Source: a virus
IMG/VR virus record: IMGVR_UViG_3300042503_000110
Span: 14,729 to 78,728 of that record
Reading direction: 5' to 3' (one strand)
DNA: 64,000 bases
In this document: positions 34,854-45,819 of the stretch, one piece after another
How the letters are laid out: each line of letters opens with the position of its first letter
Numbering within the stretch: the first letter of the stretch is position 1
Program-made: the position numbers and the translations under genes
The notes under the pieces: model-generated
What the model was told of the DNA's origin: nothing
The model's input: the letters and a program-made list of their open reading frames with translations, nothing else
The model's database searches: none

Positions 34854-37733
34854 ATGTTAAGGCACTCTCTTTATAAAAAACTAGGAAAGAAATACCAAAA
34901 CGGAGCTAAGACTAATGTTGCCGCTGAATTTAAAGCGCCCGCTCCTTTCGGTACTTATACAACACCCAATCAACCACAAGGTACTATTACTACTCAGGAT
35001 GCTTCTTTTGCTCCTGGGGTATTTAGTAATGAGAAGGCAGACAATACCTTTACTCCTTTTCCTGCTCCTTTAAATATATTTGACGTTAATCTTCAGACAC
35101 CTCAAGTTGAGCAAGGTCCGCTTACAGAATCTGATACGTCTGAACGAGGTCTTAGTGCTGAACCAGCAGCTGAGACTAAACCTAAAGAAAAAGAATCTCA
35201 ATGGCAAGACTATGCCACATTAGGATTAGCTGGTGTATCTGGTGGACTAAACTTCTTAGATACTCAAAAAAGAGATCGTGAGCTACAACAATCAATTCAA
35301 CAAAGAGATAGTAAACCTTTATACGATTACAACTGGATGTACGGTAGAACTACTTCTGGTGGTACAGAATATCAACCCATTATTATGGCACAACAAGGCG
35401 CAAACATCCGTAAGCCTTTAAACTCATTAGAAGCATCTAATGTAGAAATAGAAGGTGGAGAGTTCTTGATACTCCCTGACGGAACAACTGAAATTGCAAA
35501 AGGCCCATCACACGCAAAAGGTGGCATAGATACAATCCTTCCTAACGGAACTAAAGTATTCTCTAACCATCTCCGTCCTATGGACTTGCATAAGATGCCA
35601 GCCGAGTATAAGAAAATGTTACTAGGAGGCTACATGCAAGCAGGCGGTGAAGTTGGTGATTTAGGATTAGACTATCTTGAAGATATGATTGGCTCAGGTA
35701 AAAAACCTAAAGGCAAGGACGCACAGAAGACTTTTGCTGAGATTGCTAAACGTTACGACCTTGCAATGTATCAGAAAGTATTAGATAATCCTTTTGCTTC
35801 TGCTGTAGATAAACAAACAGCTTCTGTTATGCTAAAGCGTAACGCTGAAATTCTTGAGCAACTTTTCCGCGACCAGCAAATGCTTAACGGTAATTCTAGC
35901 GGAGAACCTATGGAAGGTATGAAGAATGGTGGCATAAACAACCCTGGTTTTAAATCACTTCCTGGATATGTTCAAGCTAAGATTATGTCGAACATGACAG
36001 ATGGGGGTAAGTATAAGCTTCCTGAAGGAGCTAACGTAGTTTCTGAAGCAGATGTTGCTAAAGCTAACGCAGGTGACTATGTACGTTTCTCTGACGGAAC
36101 TATAAAAAAGCTTACAAAGAAAGACGTTAAAACAATTGACAAAGGATTTAATAAGGACTTCTCCGTTATGAAACAACGTTGGGATGATCCTAAACTAAAC
36201 CCTGTTAAAGACCAGATGTGGAACAAGTACATTCAAGCTAATCCGAATGCAAAGATTAGCAAAGAGCAGTACTTAAATAACTACATTAAAACTCAAGAGC
36301 AACTTTATGCAATTGACGCTGCTGCAGCTAAAGACCCAAGTATTGACTTATCGAATCCAGAGTGGGACAGAACCGCAGGAGGCGCAAAGAATAAACGATA
36401 CAAAGAACTAACTAAAAAGTTAGGACTTCCTGAATTAAACGAGGAGCAGATTACTCAGTTCCAACAAGGATACAAAGACTTAGCTGCTATTCAAGAAGAC
36501 CCTCAATACAAAGAATCACTTGCTGACTTTGACTTAGCACCTAAAGGGGTGGGAGACCAACAATACTTAGGTAAAGCTATTTCTCCAGCAGATGCTATTT
36601 TAGGTAATACTACTGTAAGACAACTTCAGTATTTAAAGAACAAAGAAGAAGTTCCTACCTACGAGTATGAGAACGTACCTGAGGAAACTCCAACTGGTGG
36701 AGACTACAACTTACAAGGTAAGAATGCTAGAGGCAAGTATGAGCCTATGCCATTCCCACTAAGTCAGGCTATTCCTGCTGCTTACGGACTTGCACAAGCA
36801 CAAGAAACTTTCCCCTATGCTATTCCTGAAGTAGAGGCTCCTTATATCAGACCTCAGACTTTAAACATTCAAAGTCAACTGCAAGACGCAGATAACAATG
36901 CTATTGCTGCTATGCGTTATGGAGCAGATCCTAATCTTGCATACATAGCAGGACTAGATGCAAAGCAAAAGTCATTTGAGACCAAACAGAACTACGATGC
37001 AGAAGGTAGATCTCGTGCTGATATATACAATGCAGATGCTAAGTTTAAAGCAGACACTGTAAACGCAGGTGCTTTTAACCAAGTCTACAATGATTTGTAT
37101 GCAACAGCTAAATCTAATCAGTCTGAAGAAAAAGTAAAAGCAGTAAATGCACTAGCTACTAACAGAGCAAAGTGGGCTCAAGACGAGAATCTAAAGAAGT
37201 TTTATTTTAACAACTTCGTTACCAACTACGACTTTGATTCCAACGATCCTAATAAGGAGATGAAAGCAAAAGGAAGTCAACAATTTAGTATTACTGGAGT
37301 TAATCCTACACAGAAAACTACTCCGTCTACAACAGGAACTCCCTCTGTAACTACAGCCCCAACTACAACTCCAGCTACGTCTCCAACTTCAACTGCACCT
37401 ACACAAACTAATCAACCACAAACTTCTATGCCAACTTCCTCTACGATGAGAAGAAGCCTTGACCCTAACCTACCGCTTTCTATGCAGTATGGGGTTAATA
37501 ACCCAGGTATTCCTGAAGTAGGTGGTTTTACTCCAAAGAGAAGTTTAAATCCTAACTTACCTTTATCCATGCAGTATGGTCCTACTTTTAATCAACCTAC
37601 TGATGTCAACTTATTGACTCTTCCGCAATCTATGGGTGGAGCAGGGTTGCCGCCAAATGAGTTTGAGATGGGGGGACAGTTAGACAGTTACTTGAATCCA
37701 TTTAAAAAGAAAAAAGGTTTTAGAAAAAAATAA
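34854..37733 (+). CDS. Internal virion cargo protein
   Basis: NVEIEGGE..GPSHAKGGID domain seen in crAss cargo proteins; multiple xxGG motifs; no Cys seen. Confidence 0.6.
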   Translation: MLRHSLYKKLGKKYQNGAKTNVAAEFKAPAPFGTYTTPNQPQGTITTQDASFAPGVFSNEKADNTFTPFPAPLNIFDVNLQTPQVEQGPLTESDTSERGLSAEPAAETKPKEKESQWQDYATLGLAGVSGGLNFLDTQKRDRELQQSIQQRDSKPLYDYNWMYGRTTSGGTEYQPIIMAQQGANIRKPLNSLEASNVEIEGGEFLILPDGTTEIAKGPSHAKGGIDTILPNGTKVFSNHLRPMDLHKMPAEYKKMLLGGYMQAGGEVGDLGLDYLEDMIGSGKKPKGKDAQKTFAEIAKRYDLAMYQKVLDNPFASAVDKQTASVMLKRNAEILEQLFRDQQMLNGNSSGEPMEGMKNGGINNPGFKSLPGYVQAKIMSNMTDGGKYKLPEGANVVSEADVAKANAGDYVRFSDGTIKKLTKKDVKTIDKGFNKDFSVMKQRWDDPKLNPVKDQMWNKYIQANPNAKISKEQYLNNYIKTQEQLYAIDAAAAKDPSIDLSNPEWDRTAGGAKNKRYKELTKKLGLPELNEEQITQFQQGYKDLAAIQEDPQYKESLADFDLAPKGVGDQQYLGKAISPADAILGNTTVRQLQYLKNKEEVPTYEYENVPEETPTGGDYNLQGKNARGKYEPMPFPLSQAIPAAYGLAQAQETFPYAIPEVEAPYIRPQTLNIQSQLQDADNNAIAAMRYGADPNLAYIAGLDAKQKSFETKQNYDAEGRSRADIYNADAKFKADTVNAGAFNQVYNDLYATAKSNQSEEKVKAVNALATNRAKWAQDENLKKFYFNNFVTNYDFDSNDPNKEMKAKGSQQFSITGVNPTQKTTPSTTGTPSVTTAPTTTPATSPTSTAPTQTNQPQTSMPTSSTMRRSLDPNLPLSMQYGVNNPGIPEVGGFTPKRSLNPNLPLSMQYGPTFNQPTDVNLLTLPQSMGGAGLPPNEFEMGGQLDSYLNPFKKKKGFRKK
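37449..37580 (+). repeat. Intragenic duplication encoding (R/K)RSL(D/N)PNLPLSMQYG twice
   Basis: Copies at 37449-37493 and 37536-37580 with synonymous divergence. Confidence 0.8.
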
Positions 37734-37739
37734 CCAACT

Positions 37740-39407
37740 ATGATTTCGCATAAATCAAAAGGATTTGTATACCCAGAATATATCTCTCCGCTACCAGCAG
37801 ATGAGTTTATTAAAGGTGCGCTTCTTAAACAGAAGATGTACGATGAGGGTATTGACAAAGTACAACAACAATTAGATACCTACGGACAAATTCGCAAAGG
37901 TCTTTTGAAAGAAGAAGACAAGGCATACTTTGACCAAGAAGCAACTAAGCTAGTAAACGCATTAAATAAAAATGCGGGATTAGACTTTGCTAACAAAAAC
38001 AATGTCCGCTCTGCGTTATCTCTTGGAAACAATCTAGTTAATGACCCTATCATCTCTAACGCTGCGGAGTCTACTGCTACCTATAAAAAGATGATGGAAG
38101 AGTACAGCAAGTTAGATCCTAAAAACAGAAGTTCTGTAAATGACTACTTCTTTATGAAGGACATTAACAACTGGATGAAAGACGGCAAAACTGGTTCTAA
38201 ACTCAGATACAATCCTTATACTGTTTACACAGACGAGCACGTTAAATTATGGGGTGAACTATCTCAAAAATTAAAACCAGATGAAGTAGAAGTTCCTATG
38301 TTTGATGGTAAGAGTGGGGAGTGGATTGTTCAAAAGAAGTATTCGGGTGTAAGTGCAGAGCGTTTTAGAACTGCATATCTTAATGGACTAAGCGCACAAG
38401 CTAAAGCCCAGTTAGAGATGGAAGCACGTTACGTTTTTGAGACAGGAGATAGAGATCAAATAATGTCTCTTTATAACCAAGACGTAACTACCAAAATTAC
38501 TGCTTTAAATTTAGATATAGATAAAGCTACGACTCAACGTACTGAACTTGCGGGTAAATACGGAAACCAATCTCCTGAAGTACGTAAGGCAGATGAGCAA
38601 CTGAATCAACTTAGGGCTACTCAACGTTTCTACGAGGAGAAACAAACGGCTGAAATTAAAGACAACGATTTGATTACTTTCTTGAGAGATGATAAGATTT
38701 TTGACGCAGCAGGTGGTTTTGCTTACAAGAACGAAAGTACTAAACTTGAAGCTAATCCTTATGTAGTAGATATACGTAAGATGCAGAACAACATAGCTGA
38801 GTACAGAGCTAAAGCAGAAATTGATATTCTTAAAGAACAAGAACTTGTTAGACGTGGGTTAAAAGACGGTGCAGCTGTTGCTGGACTTAGTATGGGATCT
38901 TATTTACCTGATAGTCAGTATAACGGTAGTCCAGTTATTCAAGACCTTAATCCAATTTATGGCCAAACTAGAAGTACTCAAGAGGCTGGTTTAATCCAAA
39001 ACGGTCTTGTTAAATTTGCAGAAGGAAAAACTGTAAATGAAGCACTTCAAGCAATAATGGATGAAGGTAAAATATCAGGAGAAGACAGACGTGATATTAA
39101 TGAGATGTTCTTACCTTCTGGAGTTTTAGAAAGACTGCCAGTAGCAGAGCAACGTGCAAGACAAAAAAGAGGTGATAGATTAGTTGAAGAAATGTTTTGG
39201 AAGTTTAAAGGTATTTACGAAACCCTACAAGGAACTAGAACAATTACACAGGGAGAAGATACTTATAATCTAAAACCAACTGATACTGTTTCAGTTCTAG
39301 AAATGACTGGCGGGGTAAGAGATATGAGCGTTTCATCTCTATTAAATAGGGATGGAAGTTATTTATCTCAGATTAAAGAAATTAGAGTTAAGACATTAAA
39401 CAAGTAG
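37740..39407 (+). CDS. Internal virion cargo / ejection protein
   Basis: Helical, no Cys seen; YISPLP..KQKMYD N-terminus; synteny before the giant genes. Confidence 0.55.
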   Translation: MISHKSKGFVYPEYISPLPADEFIKGALLKQKMYDEGIDKVQQQLDTYGQIRKGLLKEEDKAYFDQEATKLVNALNKNAGLDFANKNNVRSALSLGNNLVNDPIISNAAESTATYKKMMEEYSKLDPKNRSSVNDYFFMKDINNWMKDGKTGSKLRYNPYTVYTDEHVKLWGELSQKLKPDEVEVPMFDGKSGEWIVQKKYSGVSAERFRTAYLNGLSAQAKAQLEMEARYVFETGDRDQIMSLYNQDVTTKITALNLDIDKATTQRTELAGKYGNQSPEVRKADEQLNQLRATQRFYEEKQTAEIKDNDLITFLRDDKIFDAAGGFAYKNESTKLEANPYVVDIRKMQNNIAEYRAKAEIDILKEQELVRRGLKDGAAVAGLSMGSYLPDSQYNGSPVIQDLNPIYGQTRSTQEAGLIQNGLVKFAEGKTVNEALQAIMDEGKISGEDRRDINEMFLPSGVLERLPVAEQRARQKRGDRLVEEMFWKFKGIYETLQGTRTITQGEDTYNLKPTDTVSVLEMTGGVRDMSVSSLLNRDGSYLSQIKEIRVKTLNK

Positions 39408-39416
39408 TAAGTAGGT

Positions 39417-42400
39417 ATGGCAAAAAAAGTAGATAGTTCCTTTAACTTTTTAGGAATAGATCCTCGCCTAAATGTAGGAGATCCAAATGTTGTTAAAACA
39501 GCAGTTGATAGGTCAATCAACAGTGACCCTGTTTTATTTAATGCTTATCATACTAAAGAACTTGTAAGACCTAGATTAGATGAAATAAGAAGGCAAAATG
39601 AAATGGAGCGTCTGCGTAATGTAGACGTAAACTCTTTCAATTACCTAGCAAAGAAAGCAGGATACGATGAAGGTTATGCTGCTAGTCTTTTTAATCGAGT
39701 GCAGGACTTATCTTCTATGGAAACCCAAGAAGCTTTGGCAACTTACAGTGACCTGTTAGGAGAATTAAATGATCTAAAAGAACAGGCAACTACAGAACAG
39801 TTTGGAGGTATAGATAAATTAGCAGACTTTGGAGAGGGCTTTTTTGAGACAGCTAAAGGACTTACTAATCTTACTAATTCATTGTTTGGTGGTGAGGCAC
39901 AGTTTACTGACCCGTCAGAATATTTAGGTAAGAATAAAAATGATGTAATGGCGCAAAAGGCTTTAGATGAAGTCTTTACTCCTACAGAAATTTATAACTA
40001 CGCCAAAAGAGTTTTAGATCGCCAACACAAACAAATATCTATTAAGAAGTTCTCTCAAGAGAATGGAGGTGCAGACAAAATATTGAGTCTTATTGAATCC
40101 AAGAATCGTGACTTAACAAGCATGAATGGATTTGATGATTTGATTCTTCCTGTTTTAAATAATCAATTTACTACCCCTGGTTCTGACTATTTTAGAGGCG
40201 AAGGTGGTGACATGACCGCACAAGATGTTAGAGAGTTTCAGGATTACACTAAACAGCTTTTTACAACTGACCTAACTAAACGTAGTTCTTGGGGGTCTCA
40301 TATTGGAAATGACGGAATTGGTTATGGTAAGTATGATTTAGAGAAAGAGGCGCTTAATGACTACAAGTCTGTATTACAAGAAGAACTCTTTACTGTTGTA
40401 GATGAACGTAGAGGTCTTATAGATCAAGACAAACTAAAGAAAAACTCCAAAGAAGATTTGGTCTACCAAGGTAAGATAACCAGACTAAACTCTGCTTTAG
40501 ACAAACTTGTATCAAGAGAAAAGAATATTGACCAAGTATATGGAGTATCTGTAGGAGACCGTAGTGGTTTTCTTAGAGGTACTTTAGGTAGTGCCTATAT
40601 GGCTACTAGGGACTTTGCTACTTTTATTACTCCAGGATTTGATAGTCCAAAATTTGATATAGAGACACAACTTCTTAGGAATGCTATGTATAAACCAGAG
40701 GTTGTAAAGTACGACAAGTACGGAAACCCTGTTTTATCTAATCAAGTATTTTATGAGACTGCTTCTGGAAACAAAGCTAACTGGTCAGGTTTATTTGAGG
40801 CAGGTGGCGCAATGATTGGTGATATGACTCCTGCTATTCTTACAGGGGGTTTTGTTGCTCGTGCAGTAGGGGCAGGTCTATCATTAGCAGCTACAGAAGC
40901 CGCAGAGGCTACATTTGCCGCAAGAGCTGTATCCTCTACAGCTAAGGCTTACGATAAAGTAAACAGATACGGCAATCTAAGACTGGCAGATAGAGTCAGT
41001 ACTTTTGGTACAATCTACGGATCTACCAAGCCTAGAATCTATGAGCAAGAAAAGAAATGGGGTGGAGACGCAGAAGGTAGGGCAACCTATCTTGCTATTG
41101 CAGAAGCTGCCGCTGAGTCAATAGGTTTTCCAGATGTAGGAATGCTTAAGGTAACTCCTTATAGTAGAGGACTTGGCGCAGCTGCTAGGACTGCTACAGG
41201 AGTTAATCTTACACGTTCTCAGTTAGCAGGTGCTTATTTAAGAGGTGGTGCAGAATTTGCAAAGAACGCTGTTAAAGCAAACCTAGTAGAATCTTTTGAA
41301 GAAGAGATGTCTTTACTTGGTGAGACTTTAGTTAGCCAAGCTTATGCTGATGAATACGCTAAAGCAGGAAGAGAGCAGACTGAGTTTTCCGCAGAAAACA
41401 TTGTTGATACTTTTGTAGAGTCATTTAAAGGCGGACTTCTTTATAGTGGCTTAATGACTGGACAAAATCATTACAGAGCTACCCGTAAAGACGCACTCCT
41501 AGATCAAGCCGAATATGAGGCTGCACTTAACCCTGAATTATTTAAAGCTAAGTTAAAAGAGATTCACCAGAAAAACCCAGCTGAACTTTCTGAAAAACAA
41601 TTAGCAGATGGGATTGTAACTATAGATAATCTTTCTAACACATTTAAGGGTCTTTCTCAGCTAGAGAACTTAAGAGACTTAAATACTTTCTTTGAGGATG
41701 AAGAGTCTCGTAGAAGATTATTTACTGCTGCTAGACAACGTGATGTACTTCGTAGTATTGACTTTGATAGTTTAACGCCAGAACAACAAGAGGAGTTTAC
41801 TAAAGCAAAACTTTCAGGTAAGATTGCGAAAAACGCTACCAAAGAATATAATAAAGTACGTCAGCAGATTGCTAATCTTGTAACAGAAACCCAAGGTAAG
41901 AAGTTAACTCCAGAAGAATCAATTCAATTAATTGCCCTACAAGCCCAAGCTTTTAAATTAAAAGAAGTAACAAACACAATTGATTTAAGAAAATTAAATA
42001 ATTCTCAAATGGAGACACTGGCTTCTATGGGAATTATACAAGATAAAGACTTCCAGTTTACCCAAGAAGACTTGGATAAGATGATTGGGGAAGTTGATAC
42101 AGAAATTCTTAAAACTGAAAAGCGTGCATTTGAATATGCTTCTATGAGCAAAGCAGAAAAAGCAGAAGCCATTAAGAAAGCATACGAGAAGAAGATAGCA
42201 GAAATCAATCAAGTAGATGAGCCTAATGTACTTATGGAGTCTTTAATTAAACTTAAGAGAGACTATGAGTACCTAGAGAAGAATGTTCCAAACATTAATC
42301 CAGAAATCTTAGCTAACAAACAAGCATTGCTGGATGCGTTTGAACAAAAGTTCGACTCACTTACACAGAGAGATGAGTTTGGTAACAATGCTTTTGAAGC

Positions 42401-45400
42401 TAAACTAAGAGAGTTAGATGTAGATAAAGCAATTACTGATTACAACATAGAAGATTTAGTTAAGTTATCACGTCAACTTAATTTCAATAAAGAGCATATC
42501 AACGAAGACCTGGCTGAACTTTTGGGCGATCAAGTTAGCCAAGCACAGGCTCAGATAATTGAAAACTTAAATAAACTTACTGGAGATGCAAAAGTTCAGG
42601 CTCTGGCAAAAATCCTAGACCAAACTATAAAGCAAAACACCATTACTTATTTTGATAAAGCTTCTTTCTTAAAATTCTTAACCTACGATAAGAAGTTCTA
42701 CGATGCTCAAACAAACAAACTAACTCGTACTGAAACTGTAAGTGCAGCTGTAAGTGATGAAGAGTTTGAAAAAGTAAGAGCAGAAGTTATTAGACAAAGA
42801 GGACTACGTAAGAGTGCGTCTATGTCAACTACTGGCAGCGTAGACAACGTGAGTGCGCCTGTAGATTCTCAATTCCAGGAAGATGCTTTGCGTACAATGG
42901 CAAAACAAGCAGCTACTGCTTCTAATCAAACAGATGAAGACGGCACGTCTCCACGTTCTGTTCTTGAAAAGCAATATGCTGATTCTTTCCTAGCAGGAAA
43001 AACTCCCGCAGAATCTGTAGCTGCACTTAAAGACAGAATAGGACAACTCCTTAATGCAGGAAGTGCTAGAGCAACTACTTTACTTAATGCGTTTAATAAC
43101 CTACTTACCAGTAAAGATACAGTTGCATTTGACTCTCAACTTGCTTCCTTAAAGGCAGCGTTAAAAGCAGAGGCAGACTCTTTACGTAGTAAAGATAGAA
43201 ACTCAAAAGCAGCCCAAGCACTTGATGGGGTAATTGCTGAACTAGGTTTATGGCAGAATACCGCTAAGAAACTTTTGATTCTTAACCCTGCTACTGACTT
43301 TGCTCCTTTAGTAAACATTACTCCACCACCTGTAACTCCAGAAGTACCTCCAGTAGTTGATTTAGAAGAGGACGACAATACTCTAACTCCTAATCAAATT
43401 AAATCTAAACAGGAAGAAATCAACAAACTAGATGAAGTCCAAAAAAGAAGACGCTCTCGTTTACTTGACCTAACTAGTCCTGTTAGAAGTAATGGAATAG
43501 AGTTAGATCCAAAAGACCAAATTAACCAAGACCCTGTAGTTAAGCGTAGAGTAGCTTTTATTAATGACCTAGCTTCTACTCCAGATGCTAAGATTAAAAT
43601 CTTTAATAAGAAACAATTCTTACGTGAGTTTTTAGCCTCTAAGTATCCTAATAAAACAAGTGTTGAAATCGAGCAGGATTTAAAGACCATTGAAACTTTC
43701 TTTGCACAGCTACCAAAAACTACTGTAGACAATTGGCTTACTCTTGAAAACCAAGCAGAGATTCTGACTCCTATAACAGACTTGTTAGGAACAGAGTTTT
43801 TAGATAAAGGTCAAGTTAATTACTACGTAGCAAATAAAGGGGCTGGTTTAGTTACGACTCCTGAAGTTATAATGACGGCTGCGGATAACAATGGTAAGAT
43901 TATCCTTAAAGACGGTTATCCTTTAGAACTTAGTTTTGTTGCAGACAACAATACTGGTAATAATTCTAAATTTGCAGATGTTCCTTGGAAACTTTCAGGT
44001 AGAATACAAGATGAATCAGACAACTTAACTATTAAACAAGGTGATGTAATCGATACCCATAAACAAACCTTTGCTGATAAGAAAGCTGTAAAAGCTTATC
44101 TCGAAAAGAACGACACCAGTATTATGGGGCCGTTTGAAATTAGCGAAGGAGTTCTTGTAACTAAGGGCGCTACATCTACAACTATTGCTGATTTAGAAAA
44201 TAACCCACAGCTACAATCTGCAAGTATCAGAGATTTTGCTCTTCCTACTCAAAAAGGAACATTGATTGCAGGAAAACAATTTAAGTATAATGTAGGTCGT
44301 TTATATTACGACAATAATGGTAATCCTGTTTTACTTGGAAATAACAAACTTGATACAGATGAAATTTTAGCAATAGCTGAAATTATTTATTCTTCCGAGG
44401 AAGTTATAGATCCTAGTGAGTTGGATGCGGCTTTGTTTGATTTAGTCAATCAGATTAACAAAGACAGTAAGTTAGTATTCTTTCCAACAGAGCCTTTAAT
44501 GAATACAGAGGGGCAGTACGTATACCCCCAACTATTGAGTCCTAGTAAAGTAACTATTAACGAAAAAGGAGAACGTAAGTACAAAAAGCTGTCTAAGGAA
44601 GAGTTTATTGAAGAAATGAAGAACTCTTACTACAAAGCAAGTGCTGCGTATTTAGAGGGAGGAACTAAGTTCAACCAAAAGATAACTCGTTTTGGCATGC
44701 AGAACGGTAAGCCTGTCACATATCCACAGCCCTACCTAGAGTTTATTAAAGAGACTCACACTATTCCAGTAAACTCTGAAGGAGAAATTGTCCCGCTTGT
44801 AAATAAGATAGTTTATCCTAGTCCTTCCATATTTGAAGAGGCAAAGAAAACTTTTAAACTATCTGAAGATACTAAGAGCCAACCTCCTAGTAAAGGTAGT
44901 GTGTCAGCAAAGTCAAATCCTGTACCTCCAAAAAACACTAAAAAGAGTACAGACCCAGCTAAGACACCTGTTCCTAACGATGTGTTTAACATGATTCCAT
45001 TTAGTGAACTTCCTGCTTTCTTGGAGTCACTAGGTTTAGGTGCGTTGATTCCTACTTACTCAGAAGATACCTATAATGCTCTGTTAGCTGAGATTCAAAG
45101 TAATCCTTCTTTTACTCCTTTTGTCTTTACAAAAGACGGACAAGGTGTAATGAGGAGCGACTATGTAGGTAACAATCCTCAGGCATCTTTCTTACGAGCT
45201 GCGATAACTTTAAATGGTAAGACATACTTTGTTTACTTCAGACCAGGTTCTCATACTACGGGAGTAAATATTGGTGCAGTAATGACTGAAGGTAACGTAA
45301 GTTTTACAACTCAAATACCTCAGCCAACTCAGACACAAACTTTGCCCGAAGTTCCTACCACTACTGGAGGTAAGTTAGAGAACGTAAGGTTCCAAAACAA

Positions 45401-45785
45401 AGACTACAAAGTAGAATTAGTCCAGCAAGAAGACGGTACTTTCCAAGTTGCAAATATCTTTAATCCTGATGGCAAAAGTATTCCGCTCCAAACTGCTACG
45501 GGAATAAGTGTAATGATGTTATTAGATGACGAAGCTTTAGGTAAAAAAGATACAGGATTTATGAGTGTTAATGACTTGATGAATGCTGCTAATCAAACAC
45601 CACAAAGACCATCTGCTCCATCTAAACCTGCGCCTAAAACTCCTACAAATACTGTCTTTACTGAAGATGAATCTCAACAAGCTAAAGAGAACAAAGACAG
45701 TTGTGCTAAAGGATTAGGAGAGGTTCCTTCTTTCAAAAAAATTAATAATCAAGTTCCTACTGGGAACAGGATTCGCAAAAAATAG
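39417..45785 (+). CDS. Giant cargo/ejection protein with membrane-inserting segments
   Basis: 2122 aa; Gly/Ala-rich hydrophobic stretch at about 40790-40920; single Cys near the C-terminus. Confidence 0.6.
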   Translation: MAKKVDSSFNFLGIDPRLNVGDPNVVKTAVDRSINSDPVLFNAYHTKELVRPRLDEIRRQNEMERLRNVDVNSFNYLAKKAGYDEGYAASLFNRVQDLSSMETQEALATYSDLLGELNDLKEQATTEQFGGIDKLADFGEGFFETAKGLTNLTNSLFGGEAQFTDPSEYLGKNKNDVMAQKALDEVFTPTEIYNYAKRVLDRQHKQISIKKFSQENGGADKILSLIESKNRDLTSMNGFDDLILPVLNNQFTTPGSDYFRGEGGDMTAQDVREFQDYTKQLFTTDLTKRSSWGSHIGNDGIGYGKYDLEKEALNDYKSVLQEELFTVVDERRGLIDQDKLKKNSKEDLVYQGKITRLNSALDKLVSREKNIDQVYGVSVGDRSGFLRGTLGSAYMATRDFATFITPGFDSPKFDIETQLLRNAMYKPEVVKYDKYGNPVLSNQVFYETASGNKANWSGLFEAGGAMIGDMTPAILTGGFVARAVGAGLSLAATEAAEATFAARAVSSTAKAYDKVNRYGNLRLADRVSTFGTIYGSTKPRIYEQEKKWGGDAEGRATYLAIAEAAAESIGFPDVGMLKVTPYSRGLGAAARTATGVNLTRSQLAGAYLRGGAEFAKNAVKANLVESFEEEMSLLGETLVSQAYADEYAKAGREQTEFSAENIVDTFVESFKGGLLYSGLMTGQNHYRATRKDALLDQAEYEAALNPELFKAKLKEIHQKNPAELSEKQLADGIVTIDNLSNTFKGLSQLENLRDLNTFFEDEESRRRLFTAARQRDVLRSIDFDSLTPEQQEEFTKAKLSGKIAKNATKEYNKVRQQIANLVTETQGKKLTPEESIQLIALQAQAFKLKEVTNTIDLRKLNNSQMETLASMGIIQDKDFQFTQEDLDKMIGEVDTEILKTEKRAFEYASMSKAEKAEAIKKAYEKKIAEINQVDEPNVLMESLIKLKRDYEYLEKNVPNINPEILANKQALLDAFEQKFDSLTQRDEFGNNAFEAKLRELDVDKAITDYNIEDLVKLSRQLNFNKEHINEDLAELLGDQVSQAQAQIIENLNKLTGDAKVQALAKILDQTIKQNTITYFDKASFLKFLTYDKKFYDAQTNKLTRTETVSAAVSDEEFEKVRAEVIRQRGLRKSASMSTTGSVDNVSAPVDSQFQEDALRTMAKQAATASNQTDEDGTSPRSVLEKQYADSFLAGKTPAESVAALKDRIGQLLNAGSARATTLLNAFNNLLTSKDTVAFDSQLASLKAALKAEADSLRSKDRNSKAAQALDGVIAELGLWQNTAKKLLILNPATDFAPLVNITPPPVTPEVPPVVDLEEDDNTLTPNQIKSKQEEINKLDEVQKRRRSRLLDLTSPVRSNGIELDPKDQINQDPVVKRRVAFINDLASTPDAKIKIFNKKQFLREFLASKYPNKTSVEIEQDLKTIETFFAQLPKTTVDNWLTLENQAEILTPITDLLGTEFLDKGQVNYYVANKGAGLVTTPEVIMTAADNNGKIILKDGYPLELSFVADNNTGNNSKFADVPWKLSGRIQDESDNLTIKQGDVIDTHKQTFADKKAVKAYLEKNDTSIMGPFEISEGVLVTKGATSTTIADLENNPQLQSASIRDFALPTQKGTLIAGKQFKYNVGRLYYDNNGNPVLLGNNKLDTDEILAIAEIIYSSEEVIDPSELDAALFDLVNQINKDSKLVFFPTEPLMNTEGQYVYPQLLSPSKVTINEKGERKYKKLSKEEFIEEMKNSYYKASAAYLEGGTKFNQKITRFGMQNGKPVTYPQPYLEFIKETHTIPVNSEGEIVPLVNKIVYPSPSIFEEAKKTFKLSEDTKSQPPSKGSVSAKSNPVPPKNTKKSTDPAKTPVPNDVFNMIPFSELPAFLESLGLGALIPTYSEDTYNALLAEIQSNPSFTPFVFTKDGQGVMRSDYVGNNPQASFLRAAITLNGKTYFVYFRPGSHTTGVNIGAVMTEGNVSFTTQIPQPTQTQTLPEVPTTTGGKLENVRFQNKDYKVELVQQEDGTFQVANIFNPDGKSIPLQTATGISVMMLLDDEALGKKDTGFMSVNDLMNAANQTPQRPSAPSKPAPKTPTNTVFTEDESQQAKENKDSCAKGLGEVPSFKKINNQVPTGNRIRKK

Positions 45786-45794
45786 TAATTGAGT

Positions 45795-45802
45795 TATATT
45801 TG
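45795..45802 (+). promoter_or_regulatory. -7 promoter element upstream of the virion RNAP gene
   Basis: TATATTTG; imperfect -33 (TCG at 45773-45775). Confidence 0.6.
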
Positions 45803-45819
45803 TATTAAAACAATAAAAA

